IMG/VR virus record: IMGVR_UViG_3300029319_000023 | Direction: 5' to 3' (one strand) | Source: an uncultured virus (IMG/VR IMGVR_UViG_3300029319_000023) | Lineage: Duplodnaviria; Heunggongvirae; Uroviricota; Caudoviricetes | Length of the DNA: 20,000 nt | In this document: piece by piece, positions 16,081 to 20,000 of the stretch | How positions within the stretch are numbered: the first letter of the stretch is position 1 | Layout: each line of letters begins with the position of its first letter | Position numbers and translations under genes: made by a program | The notes under the pieces: model-generated | Told to the model about the DNA's origin: nothing | Database searches by the model: none | What the model saw: only the letters and a program-made list of their open reading frames with translations

Positions 16081-17178
16081 ATGTCCGTTGGTAACCAATT
16101 AAAAGAAATGGCAGAAAGCGTAGTAACCAAAGGGGCAAAATCTGCAGAACCAATGCAGAAGACCCCCGATTATGTACCTGGTCAAGCATCTTACGAAGAT
16201 CTTGGCGGTCCATCCCCCGAAAATTACAAACCAGATGACGATTCAGCAAAGCTGAAGACACCATCTGCTGTTGCAGCAAAGCCTCCTGGTAAACCAGGTG
16301 CTAAGGCAGATGCAATGAACAAAGCTCCAGACTATGCACCTGGTAAAGGTGGCGCTGAAACTTACAGCACTGGAAGCGGTAAAGCAAAGACTAAGGTTGA
16401 AGAGACCGAAGTTGAAGGTGATGTAGTTGAGGAAGAAACAATCGACTCTACTGGAGATATTAATATCGACGTCACTGACGACATTAATGCAATGTTTAAT
16501 GGTGAAGAACTCTCCGAGGAATTCAAAGGAAAGGCAGCAACAATTTTTGAAGCTGCTGTTAAAGCAAAAGTTAACGAACTTGCAGAGTCTATCGAAAAGC
16601 AGTATGCAGAAGCAGCTGCTGAAGAAGTCACTGAGTTCAAAACAGAACTAACAGAAAGAATCGACAACTACCTTGAGTACGTTGCCGATGAGTGGTTCAA
16701 GTCTAATCAACTTGCAGTTGAAAACGGACTCAAAACAGAAATGACTGAATCATTCCTATCTGGAATGAAAGGTCTATTTGAAGATCATTATGTATCCATA
16801 CCTGAAGATAAATATGATGTACTTGAGGCTATGAGCGTCAAGTTAGATGAAATGGAAACAAAACTCAACGAGCAGATTGAAGCTAACGTCACACTTCACT
16901 CAAAACTATCTGAGTCTACTAAGGCTGAGATCGTAAGTGAACTATCCCGTGGTTTAGCTGAGTCTCAAAAAGATAAACTCGCCTCTCTTGCAGAAGGTGT
17001 TGAGTTTGAGAGTGAAGAACAATTTACAGAGAAGTTAACTACTATTAAAGAATCTTATTTCTCTAACGGTACAACTACTCAAATTAGTGAGCAGGCAGAA
17101 GAACCTAATATGGATAAAGGTGCTTCAGATACAATGTCAGCTTATATCAGAGCACTTGGTAAGTATTCTGGAAAGTGA
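16081..17178 (+). CDS. g22: Prohead core scaffold protein gp22
   Basis: EDLGGP.PENYKPDDDSAKLK, LSEEFK.KAATIFEAAV, YLEYVADEW...N..AVE.GLK.E..ESF..G.K.LFE.HY; acidic coiled coil; synteny g21-g22-g23. Confidence 0.93.
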   Translation: MSVGNQLKEMAESVVTKGAKSAEPMQKTPDYVPGQASYEDLGGPSPENYKPDDDSAKLKTPSAVAAKPPGKPGAKADAMNKAPDYAPGKGGAETYSTGSGKAKTKVEETEVEGDVVEEETIDSTGDINIDVTDDINAMFNGEELSEEFKGKAATIFEAAVKAKVNELAESIEKQYAEAAAEEVTEFKTELTERIDNYLEYVADEWFKSNQLAVENGLKTEMTESFLSGMKGLFEDHYVSIPEDKYDVLEAMSVKLDEMETKLNEQIEANVTLHSKLSESTKAEIVSELSRGLAESQKDKLASLAEGVEFESEEQFTEKLTTIKESYFSNGTTTQISEQAEEPNMDKGASDTMSAYIRALGKYSGK

Positions 17179-17226
17179 TTTTAATATCATTAAAAACTCA
17201 AACATCTCACGCAAAACTCTACTAAA

Positions 17227-18657
17227 ATGTTAGGCAATGCAAATTATCTAGAGGAGAAGTGGGCTCCTCTACTCGACGCAGAAGGCGTTGAGAAAATCTC
17301 AGACCCACATAGAAGAGCAGTTACTGCTGCTATTCTAGAGAACCAAGAGAAAGCACTTAAAGAAGAAGCAGGTTTACTTCAGGAAGCACCTACTTCTGGT
17401 TTTGGCGGTGCTCTTTCAGGTGGTGCAGACTTTAAAGGTGGTGCACTCACTTCTACTGGTTCACCCACCGCAGGTTTCGACCCAGTTTTAATTTCATTGA
17501 TCAGAAGATCAATGCCAAACTTGGTTGCTTATGACCTTGCTGGTGTTCAACCAATGAACGGTCCTACAGGACTTATCTTCGCAATGAGATCTAAGTTCGT
17601 CAATGACGACGGTTCACTTGGTAACGAAGCATTATTCAATGAGCCAGATACAACTTTCTCTGGTTTATCAACTGCTGCGAACCAATCACTTGGTGCAGAC
17701 TACACTGGTGCTACTGATGGTGGCGCTGCTGTTGGTTTCGGTACTACCGAGCAACAAGGAGCTAATCCTGGTCTTCTTACTCTTAACGCTGATGGCAAGA
17801 GCTACAACGTAGGTCAAGCAATGAGCACTGCTGAGGCAGAAGCACTTGGTGATGCAGGTAACGCTTTCCGCGAAATGTCATTCAGCATCGAGAAGGTTGC
17901 TGTTCAGGCACGTTCAAGAGCGTTAAAGGCAGAGTACAGTTTGGAACTAGCACAGGATCTCCGCGCTATTCATGGTTTAGATGCTGAGGCTGAATTAGCA
18001 AATATTCTCTCAACAGAGATACTTGCTGAAATCAACCGCGAAGTCATCAGAACCATCTATAAGTCTGCTGAGGCAGGTGCTCAGAACAACGTTGCAACCG
18101 CAGGTGCGTTTGACTTAGACGTTGACTCCAATGGTAGATGGTCAGTTGAGAAGTTCAAAGGTTTACTTTTCCAAATCGAGAGAGATGCTAACGCAATCGC
18201 ACAAAGAACTCGTAGAGGAAAGGGTAACATAATCCTATGTTCTTCTGACGTTGCTTCTGCATTAACAATGGCTGGTGTTCTAGATTACACCCCTGCACTT
18301 AATGCTAACCTTAACGTTGATGACACTGGTAATACATTTGCTGGTACAATCAATGGTAAGTACAAAGTATACATCGACCCATTCTCAGGTGGTCAGAACG
18401 CTTCTGGCGCTCAGTACTACGTTGTTGGTTACAAAGGTACTTCACCTTATGATGCTGGACTTTTCTATTGCCCTTACGTTCCACTACAGATGGTAAGAGC
18501 AGTTGGAGAAAACACATTCCAACCAAAAATCGGGTTTAAGACTCGTTACGGTATGGTTTCTAACCCATTCTCTGAAGGAGACTCTGCTGGTGCAGGTCGT
18601 ATCTTCGCTGGTGTTAACAGATACTATAGACGTGTACGTGTTGACAACCTAATGTAA
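17227..18657 (+). CDS. g23: Major capsid protein gp23
   Basis: KWAPLL, AVTAAILENQE, FDPVLISLIRRSMP, GVQPMNGPTGLIFAMRS, SRALKAEYSLELAQDL.AIHGLDAE.EL, YCPYVPLQM, FQPKIGFKTRYG. Probable gp21 maturation site LQE53|A54. Confidence 0.98.
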   Translation: MLGNANYLEEKWAPLLDAEGVEKISDPHRRAVTAAILENQEKALKEEAGLLQEAPTSGFGGALSGGADFKGGALTSTGSPTAGFDPVLISLIRRSMPNLVAYDLAGVQPMNGPTGLIFAMRSKFVNDDGSLGNEALFNEPDTTFSGLSTAANQSLGADYTGATDGGAAVGFGTTEQQGANPGLLTLNADGKSYNVGQAMSTAEAEALGDAGNAFREMSFSIEKVAVQARSRALKAEYSLELAQDLRAIHGLDAEAELANILSTEILAEINREVIRTIYKSAEAGAQNNVATAGAFDLDVDSNGRWSVEKFKGLLFQIERDANAIAQRTRRGKGNIILCSSDVASALTMAGVLDYTPALNANLNVDDTGNTFAGTINGKYKVYIDPFSGGQNASGAQYYVVGYKGTSPYDAGLFYCPYVPLQMVRAVGENTFQPKIGFKTRYGMVSNPFSEGDSAGAGRIFAGVNRYYRRVRVDNLM

Positions 18658-18684
18658 GCGAGATGCTTATATTACTTTTTTCCG

Positions 18685-18711
18685 AGAGGGTGCTTGACAC
18701 CCTCTTTTTTT
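18685..18711 (+). terminator. Intrinsic terminator after g23
   Basis: Stem AGAGGGTG (18685-18692) / CACCCTCT (18698-18705), loop CTTGA, T-tract to 18711. Confidence 0.85.
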
Positions 18712-18721
18712 ATGTTATACT
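18694..18721 (+). promoter_or_regulatory. Sigma70-type (early) promoter overlapping the terminator
   Basis: TTGACA (18694-18699), 16-nt spacer, extended -10 TG-T-TATACT (18713-18721). Confidence 0.75.
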
Positions 18722-18724
18722 ATA
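18694..18724 (+). repeat. Direct repeat copy 1 (terminator/promoter unit)
   Basis: TTGACACCCTCTTTTTTTATGTTATACTATA; 29/31 identical to 19947-19977. Confidence 0.85.
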
Positions 18725-18804
18725 GGAGTCGTAAGTTTTTCGCTACCTATGACTGCTGCATATCCCTTTGATGGTTTCAGATATGGAGGCGATAGGAAAC
18801 CATC
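18724..18804 (+). ncRNA. Candidate structured RNA (two hairpins with possible double pseudoknot)
   Basis: Hand-identified pairings: 18727-18733/18748-18754; 18770-18778/18796-18804 (perfect 9 bp); 18759-18764/18780-18785 (perfect 6 bp); 18740-18744/18788-18792. Begins near the expected start site of the upstream promoter. Confidence 0.4.
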
Positions 18805-18867
18805 TTCTATATAATATGTTCACACCGCTTCGGCACTCTGGACAAACAAACGCTAACGCAAATTAAA

Positions 18868-19932
18868 ATGGATTACACTATTAAACTACAGGACATTGTA
18901 GGTCCTAAAAAACTACCAGGTTTTAATGGGGTTGGAGAAATAGACCTCGTAAAGTATGTAAATACAAAAGTAGATATACCAGAAGGATATTCCTTCAGCA
19001 GTCTAGGTTCACTTGACTTAGATGAAGAAGTAGATGAATTAGATGATGTATGGTCTAATGATGGTGTCAGAGAAGAAGGTAACGCTGACGACAGAATTGA
19101 TTCACTACAAAACAGTTACTCCGTAAATGGTTATAAGACAAAAGATGAACCAGGTATGGGATCAAAAGATCCCAATGGAAAAGAACTACCTGTAGAGGGT
19201 AGGGGTCGAGCAATAGCAGGAAAACGAAACAAGGAAAAACGAATACCTTGGATCAATCTAAAAAAAGATGAACCTGGTGAACTTGCAAGAATTAGTGCGG
19301 GTGTTTTAGCAAACCTTAAACATGACCCTGCTACTAAAGCAACAAGAGAAGACGTTATCACAGCGGGTTTAAAACTAATAGGTGATGGAGAACTAAATCC
19401 AAATGCTGTTGACATAAACACATGGTTAAAGGATAGATTACATATCACCAAGTTCTTTACTCAAAGAAATATCACTCTCATTGTAGATGGTATCATAAAA
19501 AGACACCAAGAAGGTGAGAATGCAGTTCGTATAAAGGAAAGAGCAGCTTGGATGGAAGTCTTAAAGAAAGACTTTAAGATTGAAGTTGATAACAAAACAA
19601 CTTTCTTATTCTCTATGGATTCTGATACGTATTCATGTCGTGCTTTTTGTGAAGCAGTATTAGAACATGGACTATCACATCCAGTAGAAATCATACCTTA
19701 CACAAAAAGAAAATTGCCATCAGAGGCAAGAAAGAAACTGAAAAAGTTCATAACAGATCTTAATACATATGTAAGACTCATGTATAAGACAGTTGGTGAC
19801 AGAAAAGACTGCACATTTAAGAAAATCAATCCATCAGATCATTTCATAATCAAAGGTTGTGTTCCACAGTTTATTGTAGATCATGCGGATGAATGGGATT
19901 CTAAAGTATTGATAGACGTAGAAAACTACTAA
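18868..19932 (+). CDS. Hypothetical protein with divergent ParB/Srx-like N-terminal domain
   Basis: 354 aa. Segment VREEGNADDRIDSLQNSYSVNGY....EP.........LPVEGRGRAIAGKR.....IPW followed by helix..N..H.......EDV follows the ParB-N pattern R...I..L..S....G....P...(D/E)GxxR..A......IP. Recognised by eye only. Confidence 0.55.
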   Translation: MDYTIKLQDIVGPKKLPGFNGVGEIDLVKYVNTKVDIPEGYSFSSLGSLDLDEEVDELDDVWSNDGVREEGNADDRIDSLQNSYSVNGYKTKDEPGMGSKDPNGKELPVEGRGRAIAGKRNKEKRIPWINLKKDEPGELARISAGVLANLKHDPATKATREDVITAGLKLIGDGELNPNAVDINTWLKDRLHITKFFTQRNITLIVDGIIKRHQEGENAVRIKERAAWMEVLKKDFKIEVDNKTTFLFSMDSDTYSCRAFCEAVLEHGLSHPVEIIPYTKRKLPSEARKKLKKFITDLNTYVRLMYKTVGDRKDCTFKKINPSDHFIIKGCVPQFIVDHADEWDSKVLIDVENY

Positions 19933-19936
19933 TTTT

Positions 19937-19964
19937 AAAAAGGGGGTTGACACCCTCTTTTTTT
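19937..19964 (+). terminator. Intrinsic terminator after the ParB-like ORF
   Basis: AAAAAGGGGGT (19937-19947), loop TGAC, ACCCTCTTTTT (one G-U pair), then T-tract; 4 nt after the stop at 19932. Confidence 0.8.
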
Positions 19965-19974
19965 ATGCTATAAT
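19947..19974 (+). promoter_or_regulatory. Sigma70-type (early) promoter overlapping the terminator
   Basis: Perfect TTGACA (19947-19952), 16-nt spacer, extended -10 TG-C-TATAAT (19966-19974). Confidence 0.8.
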
Positions 19975-19977
19975 ATA
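19947..19977 (+). repeat. Direct repeat copy 2 (terminator/promoter unit)
   Basis: TTGACACCCTCTTTTTTTATGCTATAATATA; 29/31 identical to 18694-18724. Confidence 0.85.
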
Positions 19978-20000
19978 TTTGTTGGACGCAACAATGGGTG

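Noticed and set aside
15653..16667. Minus-strand ORFs 15653..15994, 16037..16279, 16362..16667 and alternate-frame ORF 16427..16651
   Set aside because: Serine-rich or Leu/Lys-rich shadows expected from the codon bias of g21/g22; no independent evidence.
8256..18657. Introns, inteins or homing endonucleases in g17, g18, g20 or g23
   Set aside because: All are continuous ORFs of ordinary length, with no intein-like splice junctions or LAGLIDADG/HNH/GIY-YIG insertions seen.
18817..18843. C(UUCG)G tetraloop hairpin in the leader of the ParB-like ORF
   Set aside because: Only 2 contiguous base pairs close the loop and the outer pairing is weak, so it is not supportable as a separate element; it could still belong to the upstream RNA.
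19131..19694. Minus-strand ORFs inside the ParB-like gene as a possible antisense toxin/antitoxin
   Set aside because: Exact antisense-frame shadows; no minus-strand promoter or ribosome-binding site recognised.
18694..19977. CRISPR array, IS element or tRNA interpretation of the repeat region
   Set aside because: Only two repeat copies 1.25 kb apart, no transposase or integrase motifs, no terminal inverted repeats and no cloverleaf.

Overview
AT-rich 20 kb segment of a T4-like myovirus genome. Gene order and the interleaved conserved small ORFs point to a marine cyanophage-type virus (inference; host not provable from this window). All credible genes are on the + strand. The window carries the late head/neck/tail morphogenesis block: the C-terminal part of a large VrlC-like virion protein, small ORFs, g13-g14-g15-g16, accessory ORFs, g17, a Zn-finger ORF, g18-g19-g20, two small ORFs, g21-g22-g23. 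T4-type late promoters ((C/A)TAAATA) precede many genes. Two things stand out. (1) After g23, a ~1.28 kb cassette is bounded by two near-identical (29/31) terminator-plus-sigma70-promoter elements. It contains a candidate ~80-nt double-pseudoknot RNA and a 354-aa divergent ParB/Srx-like ORF. (2) Between g16 and g17, a basic 269-aa ORF looks like a polyprotein of four two-cysteine mini-domains separated by gp21-type cleavage sites, next to an ORF that starts with a T4 capsid-targeting-like sequence.
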